DNA of 64,000 nt from Candidatus Hydrogenedens sp. Lineage in GTDB: Bacteria; Hydrogenedentota; Hydrogenedentia; Hydrogenedentales; CAITNO01. The position numbers were made by a program, and so were the translations under genes. The notes below the pieces were generated by a model. That model ran no database searches, was not told the origin of the DNA, and saw only the letters and a program-made list of their open reading frames with translations. The stretch is from contig JAAYJV010000050.1 of the NCBI GenBank assembly GCA_012522755.1, positions 30,653 through 94,652 on the forward strand, read 5' to 3'. Of this stretch, positions 1 through 10,149 are shown one piece after another. Numbering within the stretch: position 1 is the stretch's first letter; every line of letters starts with the position of its first letter.

Positions 1-1622
1 GAGCCGTCAAAGTCTTTCCCATTATGGAAAAGCTCCGCTATCTTGTCCCCTTCCATCAGATTCATGAAACCATCGACTGGCTTAAAGAACAGGCCACGGA
101 AGACGGAACCCGATGCGCCGTGCTCCATGATGACTATGAAAAATTCGGCGTCTGGCCGGGAACCAATAAAAGCGTTTATGAAGAGGGATGGCTGGAAGGT
201 TTTTTCCAGGCTCTCACCGACAACAGTGACTGGCTGCACTGTGTGACCTACAGTGACTATCTCGATCGACTCCGTCCCCAGGGCCGCACCTACATCACCT
301 GCGCCTCCTATGATGAAATGATGACCTGGTCGCTGCCGACAGCCATGCAGCGCAATCTGGTGCAGGCCCGACAGGCGCTCAGTCATCATCATGATCTGAA
401 CAGCCAATGCGCTTCTTTCATGCGGGGCGGTTTCTGGCGAAATTTCCTGGCGAAATATCCCGAATCCAACAATGTTCAGAAACGCATGCTCCGGGCAAGT
501 GCTCGCCTGGAAAGCCTTCGTGCGCGCTTTTCTCCCGGCTCTGAACTGGAAGAGGCGGAAAAGCTGATTCATCAGGGTCAGTGCAACTGCGCTTACTGGC
601 ATGGTGTTTTCGGCGGGCTGTACTTGAATCATCTGCGCACGGCTCTCTATGAAAAAGTGATCTCCGCAGAGGCGATTATGGATGAGCTCGAAGGAAATCT
701 GAAAGGAAGCACCCGGGTGGAACAGATCGACTTTGACGGCGATGGTAATCTGGAGGGAATTCTTGAAAATGAGGCGCTCAGCCTTTTCTTCAGTCCCACC
801 GATGGTGGCACGCTTTTCGAGCTGGACTATAAAAAGAAACCCTTCAATTTCGGCAATACCCTGACCCGTCGCGAAGAACTCTATCATGATGCCTTGCGTC
901 AGGGCGTGGCCAGTGTGGCCCGGGAAGCGGAAGGCGATTTGAGCATTCATGATATTGTCAATGCAAAAGAAGCCGATCTGGACCGTTATCTGATTTATGA
1001 TCCCTGGAGAAGAGTGTCTCTCCGTGATCGTTTCTTCAAAGAGGAAACCACAGTTGCGGAACTGTGGACCGGTACGGCCCCGGAACAGGGGTCTTTCGCC
1101 ACAGCTTCTTATGCTCTGGAAGAAGGCAAGAACAGTCTCATACTCAGCTCTTCCGGAACGCTTCTTTTTTCTCCCGAAGCGATCCATCTCAAAAAGACTG
1201 TGGAACTGCCTCCGGGACAGGCCTCCTTCACAACGACATACAGTCTGGCTGCAGCCACTCCTTTTCCGTCGGATCTTCTTTTCGGAACAGAATTTTGCCT
1301 GAACCTCCTGACAGGCGATGCCCACGATCGCTATTATTGCTCTGAAGAAAGAGACTTGCATTATATCCGGCTGGGCGTCCATGGTGTCATGGAATCTCTC
1401 AGTCATCTGGCCTTGAGAGATGAATGGCAAGGGGTACAGGTCAACCTTCGTTTTTCCAGACCGGCCCGGATCTATCATTTCCCCATAGAAACAGTAAGCC
1501 AGTCTGAAAGCGGGCAGGAACGGGTTCATCAGGGATGTGTTGTTTTGCCCTGCTGGCCTGTATCATCCCCTGATTCACAGGTTTTTTCAGTGGAAATCAC
1601 TCTGGAAATCGCTGAACTGTGA
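1..1622 (+). CDS. Glycoside hydrolase family 57 protein (alpha-amylase / 4-alpha-glucanotransferase / branching-enzyme-like), 5'-partial; the N-terminus lies upstream of the window
   Basis: The reading frame is open from the window edge with no stop upstream of ORF 24..1622. 'AVLHDDYEKFGVWPG' matches the GH57 conserved region CSR-4 'HDDGEKFG', which carries the catalytic acid/base Asp. The long C-terminal region is typical of GH57 enzymes. The internal Met at 24 is not the true start. Confidence 0.55.
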   Translation, partial: AVKVFPIMEKLRYLVPFHQIHETIDWLKEQATEDGTRCAVLHDDYEKFGVWPGTNKSVYEEGWLEGFFQALTDNSDWLHCVTYSDYLDRLRPQGRTYITCASYDEMMTWSLPTAMQRNLVQARQALSHHHDLNSQCASFMRGGFWRNFLAKYPESNNVQKRMLRASARLESLRARFSPGSELEEAEKLIHQGQCNCAYWHGVFGGLYLNHLRTALYEKVISAEAIMDELEGNLKGSTRVEQIDFDGDGNLEGILENEALSLFFSPTDGGTLFELDYKKKPFNFGNTLTRREELYHDALRQGVASVAREAEGDLSIHDIVNAKEADLDRYLIYDPWRRVSLRDRFFKEETTVAELWTGTAPEQGSFATASYALEEGKNSLILSSSGTLLFSPEAIHLKKTVELPPGQASFTTTYSLAAATPFPSDLLFGTEFCLNLLTGDAHDRYYCSEERDLHYIRLGVHGVMESLSHLALRDEWQGVQVNLRFSRPARIYHFPIETVSQSESGQERVHQGCVVLPCWPVSSPDSQVFSVEITLEIAEL

Positions 1623-1990
1623 CTCTGATTTTCTGTGATCCCTTTTTTTTCTGATCATGCAAGAGGACAACTTTTGGCCATCCATGCGACTTTCGTATGT
1701 CAAATATGCTATTATTACTTGTCATTGAGAATACAATGCACGGTTTCGGGCGGTGTAGTGGTGGACATGCCTGCAGAATATCCGGGCATTCTGTGTTGAA
1801 ATTTGAGACCTGTCATCCTCTGGAACAGGTTACCTGGTGCTGAAGTGCCTTTCCGTTACAGGGAGTGCAGCCGTCTGTTGTGCAGATCCGGGCTGAGCCA
1901 GCCTTCCCTGAATCATCATCCACAGTCAATCCATGGAATAGAGTTACATATTTTCTTTAAATAGGTATTGAGAGAATTAAGGGTTAAAAG

Positions 1991-2275
1991 ATGTCTGAGC
2001 TGATTGAAGATGTCATTGTCATCAATACCCTGGGTATCCATGCTCGTCCGGCCGCCTTGCTGGCCCAGAGCATCGCTCATTTTCAAAGCGAAGTCTACCT
2101 GATCTTTGATGGCAACCGGGTCAATGCGAAAAGCATTATGGGTCTGCTGACTCTGGGTGCTGCGAGAGGAAGTCGGATCACAGTCACATGCAGTGGCGAT
2201 GATGCGGAAGAAGCCATGGCTCGTGTGAAAGATATTTTTGAATCCGGCTTCAATGAAATCAAAGGATATGAATAG
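1991..2275 (+). CDS. ptsH: Phosphocarrier protein HPr
   Basis: The 94-aa product has the His15 active-site motif 'GIHARPA' and the Ser46 region 'NAKSIMGLLTLG'. RBS 'AAGGG' precedes the ATG. It sits immediately upstream of ptsI. Confidence 0.9.
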   Translation: MSELIEDVIVINTLGIHARPAALLAQSIAHFQSEVYLIFDGNRVNAKSIMGLLTLGAARGSRITVTCSGDDAEEAMARVKDIFESGFNEIKGYE

Positions 2276-2290
2276 ACAGGAGAACTTCTC

Positions 2291-4042
2291 GTGGAAGTCT
2301 ATCTGCAAGGTATGGGCGTATCCCCCGGCATTGCCATCGCCCCGGTATTGCATTATTCACGCAGTGCCTTTGAAATTCCCAAACATGCCATCACCGATGT
2401 ATCCGGAGAACTGGCACGTCTGGACAGGGCTGTCTCCAAAGTACGGCATGAACTGAACGAAATCTACCAGAAAACGCTGGACGCCGTCGGTGAGGCCCAT
2501 GCTGACATTTTCCGTGTCCATCTCATGATCCTGGAAGATGTGGCTTTGCGCGATGATCTCGCCGCTCAGATGGAAGAAGAAAAACTCAATGTGGAATTCA
2601 TCCTCGACAGTATCGCCAAAAGATACACGGAGATGATGAACAATATCCAGGATCAGCGATTCAGAGAAAGAACGGCCGATCTGCTTGATGTGGTGGATCG
2701 CTTGCAGCGCCATCTGCTGGGATCAAACAGGCCCATGCTGCGCCAGATTCCCAAGCCGAGCATTCTCGTCGCCCGGGATCTGACGCCCTCCGATACGGCC
2801 ACACTGGATCTTGACAAGGCGCTGGGCATGCTGGTTGAAACGGGCAGCCCCACCAGTCATTCCGCTATTCTCGCACGGGCACTGGAAATCCCGGCCGTCA
2901 TCGGCATCTCCGTTTCCAACAAGTCACTGTCATCAGGATCCCTCATTATTCTCGACGGCACCAGTGGCGTGGTGATCATCAACCCTTCTGCGGAGACCGT
3001 GGAAAAATACCAACTGGAACAGCAACGCCTGCAGAGCGTGCAGGATCATCTGTTGCAGAATATTCAGGCCGGGCCCGCCTGTACAGCCGATGGCAATCCC
3101 GTGACGCTGGAAAGCAATATTGAACTCCCTCTGGAGATCAAACACAGCCTGAAAATGAACGTGCAGGGAGTCGGCCTCTATCGCACTGAATATCTCTATT
3201 TCAATCGGGATACCCTTCCCTCTGAAGAAGAACAATACCAGGCCTATGCCCATGTGGCTGCGGAATTGTCGCCCGCACCTGTAACCCTGCGAACCATGGA
3301 TATCGGCGGGGACAAGTTTGTAAAGTATCTGCAGAACTATAATGACAACAATCCTCAATTGGGACTCCGTGCCATACGTCTGTGTCTGGCCAATCCTGAT
3401 ATATTCAAAGTTCAGTTACGTGCCATGCTGCGGGCGAGTGCCCATGGTACGATTCAGATCATGTTTCCCATGATCAGCAGTATAGAAGAGCTGCGCGAGG
3501 CCAAAGCAGTTCTTGCCAAGGCCCGTAAGGAACTGGATGAGGAAGGCATTCCTTATGATCCCGACCTGAAAGTGGGATCCATGATCGAGGTGCCCTCTGC
3601 AGCGCTGCAGGCCGATCACATGGCTGCGGAATGTGATTTCTTCAGTCTGGGAACCAATGATCTGATCCAGTATCTGCTGGCTGTGGACAGAGTGAATGAA
3701 AAGATCGCTCATTTGTATGAGCCGGCCCATCCCTCTGTGATCCGTATGATCCATATGGTTACGGCTGCGGCTGCGGCCCATGATATTCCCTGCAGCATTT
3801 GCGGCGAAATGGCCGGTGACCCCTTTTACACGGAATTGCTTCTGGGACTGGGAGTCTCTTCATTGTCCATGGCATCCGTATCCATTCCGGCCATCCGTGC
3901 CCGCATCAGTGAATTGACTCTGGCTGAGGCCCGTAAACTGGCTGAAGCCATACTGCAGAAAGCCACGGCTTCAGAAGTGAAGACACTGCTGCAGAGCCGC
4001 CCTGGAAATGGCCGGGAAGGCGTGGATAGTGAAAACACTTGA
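2291..4042 (+). CDS. ptsI: Phosphoenolpyruvate-protein phosphotransferase (PTS Enzyme I)
   Basis: The 583-aa product shows the EI N-terminal HPr-binding/phosphohistidine domain ('GIAIAPV', 'GSPTSHSAILARALEIPAVIG') and the PEP-utilizing C-terminal TIM barrel ('LYRTEYLY', 'GTNDLIQY', 'CGEMAGDP'). Start is GTG at 2291, or ATG at 2312. Confidence 0.9.
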   Translation: MEVYLQGMGVSPGIAIAPVLHYSRSAFEIPKHAITDVSGELARLDRAVSKVRHELNEIYQKTLDAVGEAHADIFRVHLMILEDVALRDDLAAQMEEEKLNVEFILDSIAKRYTEMMNNIQDQRFRERTADLLDVVDRLQRHLLGSNRPMLRQIPKPSILVARDLTPSDTATLDLDKALGMLVETGSPTSHSAILARALEIPAVIGISVSNKSLSSGSLIILDGTSGVVIINPSAETVEKYQLEQQRLQSVQDHLLQNIQAGPACTADGNPVTLESNIELPLEIKHSLKMNVQGVGLYRTEYLYFNRDTLPSEEEQYQAYAHVAAELSPAPVTLRTMDIGGDKFVKYLQNYNDNNPQLGLRAIRLCLANPDIFKVQLRAMLRASAHGTIQIMFPMISSIEELREAKAVLAKARKELDEEGIPYDPDLKVGSMIEVPSAALQADHMAAECDFFSLGTNDLIQYLLAVDRVNEKIAHLYEPAHPSVIRMIHMVTAAAAAHDIPCSICGEMAGDPFYTELLLGLGVSSLSMASVSIPAIRARISELTLAEARKLAEAILQKATASEVKTLLQSRPGNGREGVDSENT

Positions 4043-4278
4043 TTTGCGTGAGTCAGCCTACGATGCGAAGATGCATCGGGAAGGCTGATTCAGGTATACT
4101 ATAGACAATATGGCGGGTAAGTTATGCCTGCAGGAAAAACCAGTACTTTGACTGGTATTGCCTCTGTGGCAACACTGAGCTGTTTTGAAGGCTCTTGAAA
4201 CCCCTGTCCCTGCACAGGTCCCGGCCTTTACCTGTTAAACAAGATCTGAATACTACCATTATTTTGGGAGAAAGTTGC

Positions 4279-4749
4279 GTGATTGTTTTTTCCGAGCGTA
4301 AAACTGTTGAGCAAGTTGAAGAAGGAACAGAACTGGCACCGAAGTTTGATGCCCGGGGACTGATTCCTGTTGTCACCACTGATTACGACAGCGGTGAATT
4401 GCTCATGCATGCCTATATGAACGAAGAAGCCCTGAAAAAAACGATCGAACTGGGAGAAGCCGTCTATTGGAGCCGCAGCCGCAAAGTACTCTGGCACAAA
4501 GGCGCAACCAGCGGTCTTGTGCAAATAGTGCGCGAGCTGCGTATCGATGATGATCAGGATACGGTCTGGCTGCGCGTGGATGTTCAGGGCGGTGCCAGCT
4601 GTCACGTAGGCTATCGTTCCTGCTTTTATCGTACAGTTCCCTTAGGTGAAGAAGCGGCAAAAGGCATTGCACTCACTTTCACGGAACATGAAAAAGTATT
4701 TGATCCCAAAGAAGTCTATGGCGATGCTCCCAACCCCACGCAGATCTGA
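4279..4749 (+). CDS. hisI: Phosphoribosyl-AMP cyclohydrolase (monofunctional HisI)
   Basis: '[58 protein letters not shown]...CHVGYRSCF' is the PRA-CH fold. The ORF track starts at a TTG at 4195. The likely real start is GTG 4279, preceded by RBS 'GGGAGAAAG'. Confidence 0.7.
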   Translation: MIVFSERKTVEQVEEGTELAPKFDARGLIPVVTTDYDSGELLMHAYMNEEALKKTIELGEAVYWSRSRKVLWHKGATSGLVQIVRELRIDDDQDTVWLRVDVQGGASCHVGYRSCFYRTVPLGEEAAKGIALTFTEHEKVFDPKEVYGDAPNPTQI

Positions 4750-4809
4750 TGCCGGGTTGTATCTTTCATAAAACCAATTTACATTTGAGACAAGATAAGG
4801 AAAACAGAC

Positions 4810-4983
4810 ATGGCGGCCAAAGCTAAAGGTAATCGCGAAACCATTATTCTTGAATGCACCGAAGCGCCGGGTACCTCCCGCTACAACACGGAAAAAAACA
4901 AGCGCAACCATCCCGAGCGCCTGGAACTGAAAAAGTATAACGCCGTGCTGCGCAAGCATACCCTGCATCGTGAGAAAAAGTAG
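4810..4983 (+). CDS. rpmG: 50S ribosomal protein L33 (57 aa, below the ORF-track cutoff)
   Basis: Translation is [57 protein letters not shown]. It matches the L33 family pattern ('...[34 protein letters not shown]'). It has a single Cys, so it is the zinc-ribbon-less type. RBS 'AAGGAAAACAGAC' precedes the ATG. Confidence 0.85.
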   Translation: MAAKAKGNRETIILECTEAPGTSRYNTEKNKRNHPERLELKKYNAVLRKHTLHREKK

Positions 4984-5152
4984 TCCATTTCCCGCGTTTT
5001 TGCGCATGATTCCTTCTTTCTCCACGCTGTGCTGAACCGTTCTTTTTCACCCGGATATTTTCTCTTGATCTTCGGATCAGAAAAAGATGTCCGGGTGTTT
5101 TATCTGCAAAGCATCCTCTGCTGTAGAGAAGAGCATACAATTGATATCCATC

Positions 5153-5749
5153 ATGGTGACAGGTATATTTCTGGGACTTTCTTCCGGGCTCTCGCCGGGA
5201 CCGCTCATGACGCTCGTCATTGGTAAAAGTCTTCAACACGGGCCACGCGAAGGAATCAAGATGGCGCTGGCACCGGTGATCACAGATTGCGCAATCATCA
5301 TTCTGAGCCTCCTGCTTTTCCACTCACTGGCACATCTGAAGCCCCTGCTCCTTCTCCTGTCTTTTTGCGGTGCCCTGCTGCTTCTTTATCTGGCCCGGGA
5401 AAACTGGTGCAATCCTCTCCCCGACACAGCAACACTCTCCGAAAAACAGCACTCCCTTCTGGAAGGTGCTCTGGTCAATGTGCTGAGCCCCCACCCCTGG
5501 CTTTTCTGGTTCACCATCGGGGCACCTGTCCTGTACACTGCCTGGAAACAACAACCGGCCCAGGCCTTTCTTTTTCTGTCGTCTTTCTATCTTTTCCTCA
5601 TCGGCTCAAAAGTGGTCACCGCCCTCTCCTTCGGTATCTATGGCCGTTTTCTTCAGGATAAATACCGTATCATCATCATGCGTGTCTTATCCTGTGTGCT
5701 CGTCTTCTTTGCTGTCCTCCTTTTATGGAAAGGCTGGACACAACTCTGA
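5153..5749 (+). CDS. LysE/RhtB-family amino-acid exporter
   Basis: The roughly 198-aa product is polytopic. The N-terminal signature 'GLSSGLSPGPLMTLVIGKSLQHG' is typical of LysE-type translocators. I chose the start at ATG 5153 (MVTGIF...) rather than the track's 5087. Confidence 0.65.
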   Translation: MVTGIFLGLSSGLSPGPLMTLVIGKSLQHGPREGIKMALAPVITDCAIIILSLLLFHSLAHLKPLLLLLSFCGALLLLYLARENWCNPLPDTATLSEKQHSLLEGALVNVLSPHPWLFWFTIGAPVLYTAWKQQPAQAFLFLSSFYLFLIGSKVVTALSFGIYGRFLQDKYRIIIMRVLSCVLVFFAVLLLWKGWTQL

Positions 5750-5907
5750 GAGATCACCCTCTTTTTTATTGGCAGGTTCACCACTTTATTTGTTATAGTG
5801 TTGTCGCTGAGAGAAGATTCAGCCCGAAAAACAGGGCACTTCGTTCTTTTCCCTTCCGAGTTGCTGTTTCTCAGGCTGCAATGCATTTTACGGTAAAGGA
5901 AGTTCTT
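5750..5907 (+). promoter_or_regulatory. 5' leader / promoter region of the pyrR-pyrB-pyrC operon (possible PyrR-responsive attenuator; not resolved)
   Basis: A 158-nt non-coding gap lies immediately upstream of pyrR. In many bacteria pyrR mRNA leaders carry PyrR-binding anti-antiterminator hairpins. I did not find a clear canonical binding loop by eye. Confidence 0.2.
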
Positions 5908-6477
5908 ATGGACAGAAATAATGACGTGGAAAGTACGGTTGTCATGGATGCCTCCGCCATGGCCGCAACATTGAACAGCATGGCGATGGCTGTCGTGAAC
6001 GGAAACCCGGAACTGGAATCACTGGTACTGCTGGGCATCTTGCGTCGAGGTGAACCGCTGGCCAAACGCTTATCAGCCTTGATTGAACAGACCACAGGAA
6101 TCGCTCCGCCCGTAGGTGCTTTATCCACCACCCTGTATCGTGATGATCTTCACGCACGCTCCTCTGCGAATGTGGCCTCCCGGAGCGGCGAAACCTATTT
6201 TGATTTTTCTCTGGAAGGGCGCACTGTCCTGCTTGTGGATGATGTGATTTCGGCCGGAAGAACCATCCGGGCCGCCATGGGCGAAATCATGGATTATGGC
6301 CGTCCCAAAAGAATCCAGCTGGCCTGCCTCATTGATCGCGGTGGCCGTGAACTGCCCATCCAGGCGGATTATCTGGGCTACATTGTGCATACAACAGCCG
6401 ATGAATGGATATCTGTCCAACTTCAGGAAGTGGACGGAGAAGACCTGATCCTGTTACACGAACGCTGCGACAAATGA
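5908..6477 (+). CDS. pyrR: Bifunctional pyrimidine operon regulator / uracil phosphoribosyltransferase PyrR
   Basis: 'LLGILRRGEPLAKRLSALIEQTTG...' and the PRPP-binding motif 'VLLVDDVISAGRTIRAAM' place it in the PRTase type I fold of PyrR. Start is ATG 5908 with RBS 'AAGGAAG'. It is directly upstream of pyrB. Confidence 0.8.
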   Translation: MDRNNDVESTVVMDASAMAATLNSMAMAVVNGNPELESLVLLGILRRGEPLAKRLSALIEQTTGIAPPVGALSTTLYRDDLHARSSANVASRSGETYFDFSLEGRTVLLVDDVISAGRTIRAAMGEIMDYGRPKRIQLACLIDRGGRELPIQADYLGYIVHTTADEWISVQLQEVDGEDLILLHERCDK

Positions 6478-6498
6478 ACTTTGTAAGGAATTATTTTC

Positions 6499-7479
6499 AT
6501 GGAACAGGCTGCGCCTACCTTTTGGACTAAAAAAGACCTCATCGGCATAAGAGAACTGAGTCGGGGAGAAATTGAGCTTATCCTTGATACAGCCCCTCAG
6601 TTTCTCGCTGTGTCGAAGCGTATCAGCAGAATCAAAAGAGTTCCCCTTCTCCAGGGGCGTCTCGTGGTCAACTGGTTTCATGAGCCCAGCACCCGAACCC
6701 GGACCTCCTTTGAGCTGGCTGCGAAACGCCTGAGTGCCGACACGCTCTCCATGACGGCCTCTTCATCGAGTCACGTCAAAGGAGAAACACTCCACGATAC
6801 ACTGGCCAATATCGAAGCCATGCATGCTGATATCATCGTCCTGCGCCACAGCTGCGCCGGTGCACCCCATATGCTTGCGGCCGATCACTCTTCCCATATC
6901 ATCAACGCCGGCGACGGACGGCATGAGCACCCCACCCAGGCGCTGCTCGATGCCTTCACCATGCGCCTGGCTCTGCGAGAGAACAGCGCCAATAAGGATG
7001 CGACTCTGGATGGTGTCAATGTGGCTCTCATCGGCGATGTGGAGCACAGCCGTGTGGCTCGGAGCAATATTTTCGCATTGACAAAACTGGGTGCGAAGGT
7101 TACCGTATGCGGCCCTGTCGCCCTCCTTCCGGCCCAGGTGGAAAAACTGGGAGTACGGGCCACAACCAGCCTGAAAGAAGCTCTGTGCGATGCTGACTTT
7201 ATTTACGCCCTCAGGATTCAGAGGGAGCGGCAGGGAAAAGGGCTTTTCCCGAGTTTACGTGAATATGTCAAGCTCTTCCGTATTGACCGTGATTCACTGC
7301 GTTTTGCGCCCGATCATGCGCTGGTACTGCATCCCGGTCCCATCAACCGTGATCTGGAATTATCGACAGAAATAGCCGACGGTTCGCGCAGTCTCGTACT
7401 GCAACAGGTGACCAATGGCGTTGCCATACGTATGGCCGTCATGCATCTGCTGGCCAACAGCCAAAGCCGACAGCTCTGA
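6499..7479 (+). CDS. pyrB: Aspartate carbamoyltransferase catalytic subunit
   Basis: 'STRTRTSFELAAKRL' is the carbamoyl-phosphate-binding motif. 'HPTQALLD' is the Asp/Orn-binding domain motif. The product is 326 aa. Confidence 0.9.
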   Translation: MEQAAPTFWTKKDLIGIRELSRGEIELILDTAPQFLAVSKRISRIKRVPLLQGRLVVNWFHEPSTRTRTSFELAAKRLSADTLSMTASSSSHVKGETLHDTLANIEAMHADIIVLRHSCAGAPHMLAADHSSHIINAGDGRHEHPTQALLDAFTMRLALRENSANKDATLDGVNVALIGDVEHSRVARSNIFALTKLGAKVTVCGPVALLPAQVEKLGVRATTSLKEALCDADFIYALRIQRERQGKGLFPSLREYVKLFRIDRDSLRFAPDHALVLHPGPINRDLELSTEIADGSRSLVLQQVTNGVAIRMAVMHLLANSQSRQL

Positions 7480-7548
7480 TTCATATAAGTATCTTGAATT
7501 TCCTGTTTGTCTGCAGGAACAAACTACTACCTGACTGTAAAGGAATTT

Positions 7549-8823
7549 ATGGTGAGCCTTCTCATTAAAAATGGCCAGATCATAGATCCGGCCAATAAGA
7601 TTTCCGGGCTTTTTGACCTGCTCATAGAAGACGGTAAAATCAAGGAAATAGGAAAAGAACTTCAGGGGGATGACATTCTCGACGCCACAGGCTGCATCGT
7701 CAGTCCCGGTCTGGTCGATATTCACTGTCATTTCAGGGAGCCAGGCTTTGAATCCAAAGAAACCATCGCCACGGGAAGTCAGGCCGCGGCCCGCGGAGGC
7801 GTGACCACAGTCGTCACCATGGCCAACACCAACCCGCCCATCGACAATGCGGGCCTCGTGGAGCTGGTCATCCGCCGTGCCCGGGAAGAAGCCTGTATCC
7901 AGGTATGCCCCGCCGCCTGTGCCACGAAAGACATGCACGGCTCCGAAATTACGGAAATGGCTGATCTGAAAGCAGCCGGTGCCGTGGCCGTTACCGACGA
8001 CGGAAAAGATATCTCCTCTTCACTGGTCATGCGCCATGCCCTCGATTATGCCGGTATGGTAGGCCTCCCTTTTCTCAGTCACAGTGAAGATGAAACCCTC
8101 GCAGCCGGTGGTGCCATGAATGAAGGCTATTGCGCCACACTCATGGGGCTGCCCGGTATTCCCAAGGTGGCGGAAGATATCCGGACAGACCGCAACATCC
8201 GGCTTGCGGAATTGACAGGTGCCCATATTCATATCCAGCATGTGTCCACAGCGGCCAGTGTGGAGATCATCCGCCTGGCCAAAAAACGGGGCGCAAGAGT
8301 AACTGCTGAATCAGCCCCCCACTATTTCAGCCTTACTGATGAAGCCACTTTGAACTTCAATACCAATGCGAAGATGAATCCGCCCCTGCGGGAACAGGAA
8401 GATGTTGAGGCCATTATTGAAGGGCTCAAAGACGGTACCCTCGACTGTATCGCCACGGATCATGCGCCACACACCCAGACGGAGAAACGCGTGGAGTTTC
8501 AGATGGCACCCTTCGGCATTACAGGGCTGGAGACCTCACTGGCGCTGACCATGACCTATCTGGTGCATCCCGGACATGTGAGCCTGGAGAAAGCTGTGGA
8601 ACTCCTTTGCCTGGGAGGCGCACAGGTGTGTAATCTGGATGCCGGCACCCTCACACCGGGAGCCTGTGCTGACGTCGCCGTTTTTGATCCTCAGGAAGAA
8701 TGGACCGTACTCAGTGAAGACTTCGCCTCCAGAAGCACCAACTCCCCTTTCATCGATCAAACCCTCAAAGGACGGGTCCGCCACACCATTTGCAAAGGAA
8801 AGATTATTTACAGTGCTCCATAA
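7549..8823 (+). CDS. pyrC: Dihydroorotase (multifunctional-complex type)
   Basis: 'VDIHCHFREPGFESKETIATGSQAAARGGVTTVVTMANTNP' is the metal-dependent amidohydrolase signature of dihydroorotase. 'DHAPH' is also present. The ATG at 7549 has RBS 'AAGGAA'. Confidence 0.85.
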   Translation: MVSLLIKNGQIIDPANKISGLFDLLIEDGKIKEIGKELQGDDILDATGCIVSPGLVDIHCHFREPGFESKETIATGSQAAARGGVTTVVTMANTNPPIDNAGLVELVIRRAREEACIQVCPAACATKDMHGSEITEMADLKAAGAVAVTDDGKDISSSLVMRHALDYAGMVGLPFLSHSEDETLAAGGAMNEGYCATLMGLPGIPKVAEDIRTDRNIRLAELTGAHIHIQHVSTAASVEIIRLAKKRGARVTAESAPHYFSLTDEATLNFNTNAKMNPPLREQEDVEAIIEGLKDGTLDCIATDHAPHTQTEKRVEFQMAPFGITGLETSLALTMTYLVHPGHVSLEKAVELLCLGGAQVCNLDAGTLTPGACADVAVFDPQEEWTVLSEDFASRSTNSPFIDQTLKGRVRHTICKGKIIYSAP

Positions 8824-8885
8824 CTTGTTAAGGCATGAACGGAAAATAGTTTCGACCATTTCCATGCAAATTTATTGACGAAGAT

Positions 8886-9962
8886 GTGATCACCATGGAC
8901 AGCAGTTTATTGGAACAAGGTGTCTACCTCGCTCTGGGCTGGTGCGAGCGCGTTGCTTATCTGCAAGCCCATCCTGAAGAACTCAGCACCGATGACAAAC
9001 CTGCGGGAATCACCCTCTCCGACAGCTCATTCCTTGCCCTTCAGCAGAAACTCGCCCAGGAAGCCAGTCTGTGGTGGAGCACGGAACTCAGAGCCTTTCT
9101 GCAGCACTTCAATACACTGCATGAACAACTCAGCAAAAAACAGAAGGCCCTGTTCGCTGCTGTGGAAGGCGGGAAATTACGTCCGACTCAGGCCAATGAA
9201 AAAGCCCGCACACTGAGCACTCAACTGGAAGAGGCAACAGAAGAGATTGGATTTGCTCAAAAACTGCTGGCCCTGCTCAAGAATCCGCCCTACTCCTCTC
9301 TCCCCACCCTTCCCTTATGCCGCTACTCCGTTTCCAATCATACCCTGACCAAAGAATACCAGAGCTGCAAGACCAGAGATTTCACTAAAGATACCGGCTA
9401 TGGTCTGAAACTCACAGCCAGGCTCCTGTCCATTAAAACAGCCTTTCAGAGCCTCTCTCTCACCGATCGTACTGCACTGACTCTCGCTCTTATTTTCTCC
9501 CTCCTGATCATTATCGGCGGTGCAGCTTTCACACTCCGTGATGCAGGGATCTCACTCTCCCTAAAAGCAAATGCAGCCGGTCATTATGATGTGTCCGTCA
9601 TCAACAGAAGCAAACAAACGCTTTTCCTCAGTGTCCCCTATGACGGAAAAAGGATGGACAAAAATGACACGCCCACCTATGCTGTTGTTGTGGAACTTCT
9701 GGAAAACAGCAAGCCTTCAAAGCGCAATCCGCCTCTGGAGCACCTCTGGTTTTACAAGGAAAAGCCGGCTTATCTCAAAGGCCCGATTCTCCTGACACCC
9801 CTCTCCGAGGAAAAGCTGCAACTTCATATCCCCACAGACCTGTCCGACACGCCTGATGCACTTGCAGCTGATCAAATACGACTTACCGTCTACAAAGCTC
9901 CCGGGAAGAAAAAAGCAAGCTATACCTTCACCCTCAACGTCAATTCACCTGAATCTGAATGA
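8886..9962 (+). CDS. Hypothetical membrane-anchored protein (one central TM helix 'LTLALIFSLLIIIGGAAF'); no recognisable domain
   Basis: A long ORF with coding-like composition. It has a coiled-coil-like N-terminal half, a single TM segment and a C-terminal domain. Start is GTG 8886 or ATG 8895. Confidence 0.45.
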   Translation: MITMDSSLLEQGVYLALGWCERVAYLQAHPEELSTDDKPAGITLSDSSFLALQQKLAQEASLWWSTELRAFLQHFNTLHEQLSKKQKALFAAVEGGKLRPTQANEKARTLSTQLEEATEEIGFAQKLLALLKNPPYSSLPTLPLCRYSVSNHTLTKEYQSCKTRDFTKDTGYGLKLTARLLSIKTAFQSLSLTDRTALTLALIFSLLIIIGGAAFTLRDAGISLSLKANAAGHYDVSVINRSKQTLFLSVPYDGKRMDKNDTPTYAVVVELLENSKPSKRNPPLEHLWFYKEKPAYLKGPILLTPLSEEKLQLHIPTDLSDTPDALAADQIRLTVYKAPGKKKASYTFTLNVNSPESE

Positions 9963-10149
9963 TGCTCTCGGCCGCTTGCCTGGGAACGCCAATTTCCACA
10001 TTGGCCGGATACTCACGAAAAACGTGATTCAGTATGGATTTCGCCCATATTTTGAATCAATTCATGAATGTAAGTACAATGATATTTACTGTACTTGTTG
10101 CAGTATCTGGCCGATGCCGGGTTTCTCTCTAACCATGGGAGTCAATACT

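Noticed and set aside
4985-5110. Inverted repeat CACCCGGA...TCCGGGTG followed by TTTTA after rpmG
   Set aside because: The stem is only about 7 bp with a roughly 30-nt loop. That is not a convincing intrinsic terminator, so I left it unannotated.
9856-10149. N-terminal extension of the pentapeptide-repeat ORF in the track
   Set aside because: It overlaps the end of the upstream gene by about 100 nt and has no repeat structure. An internal ATG with 'GGGAG' upstream is the more likely start.
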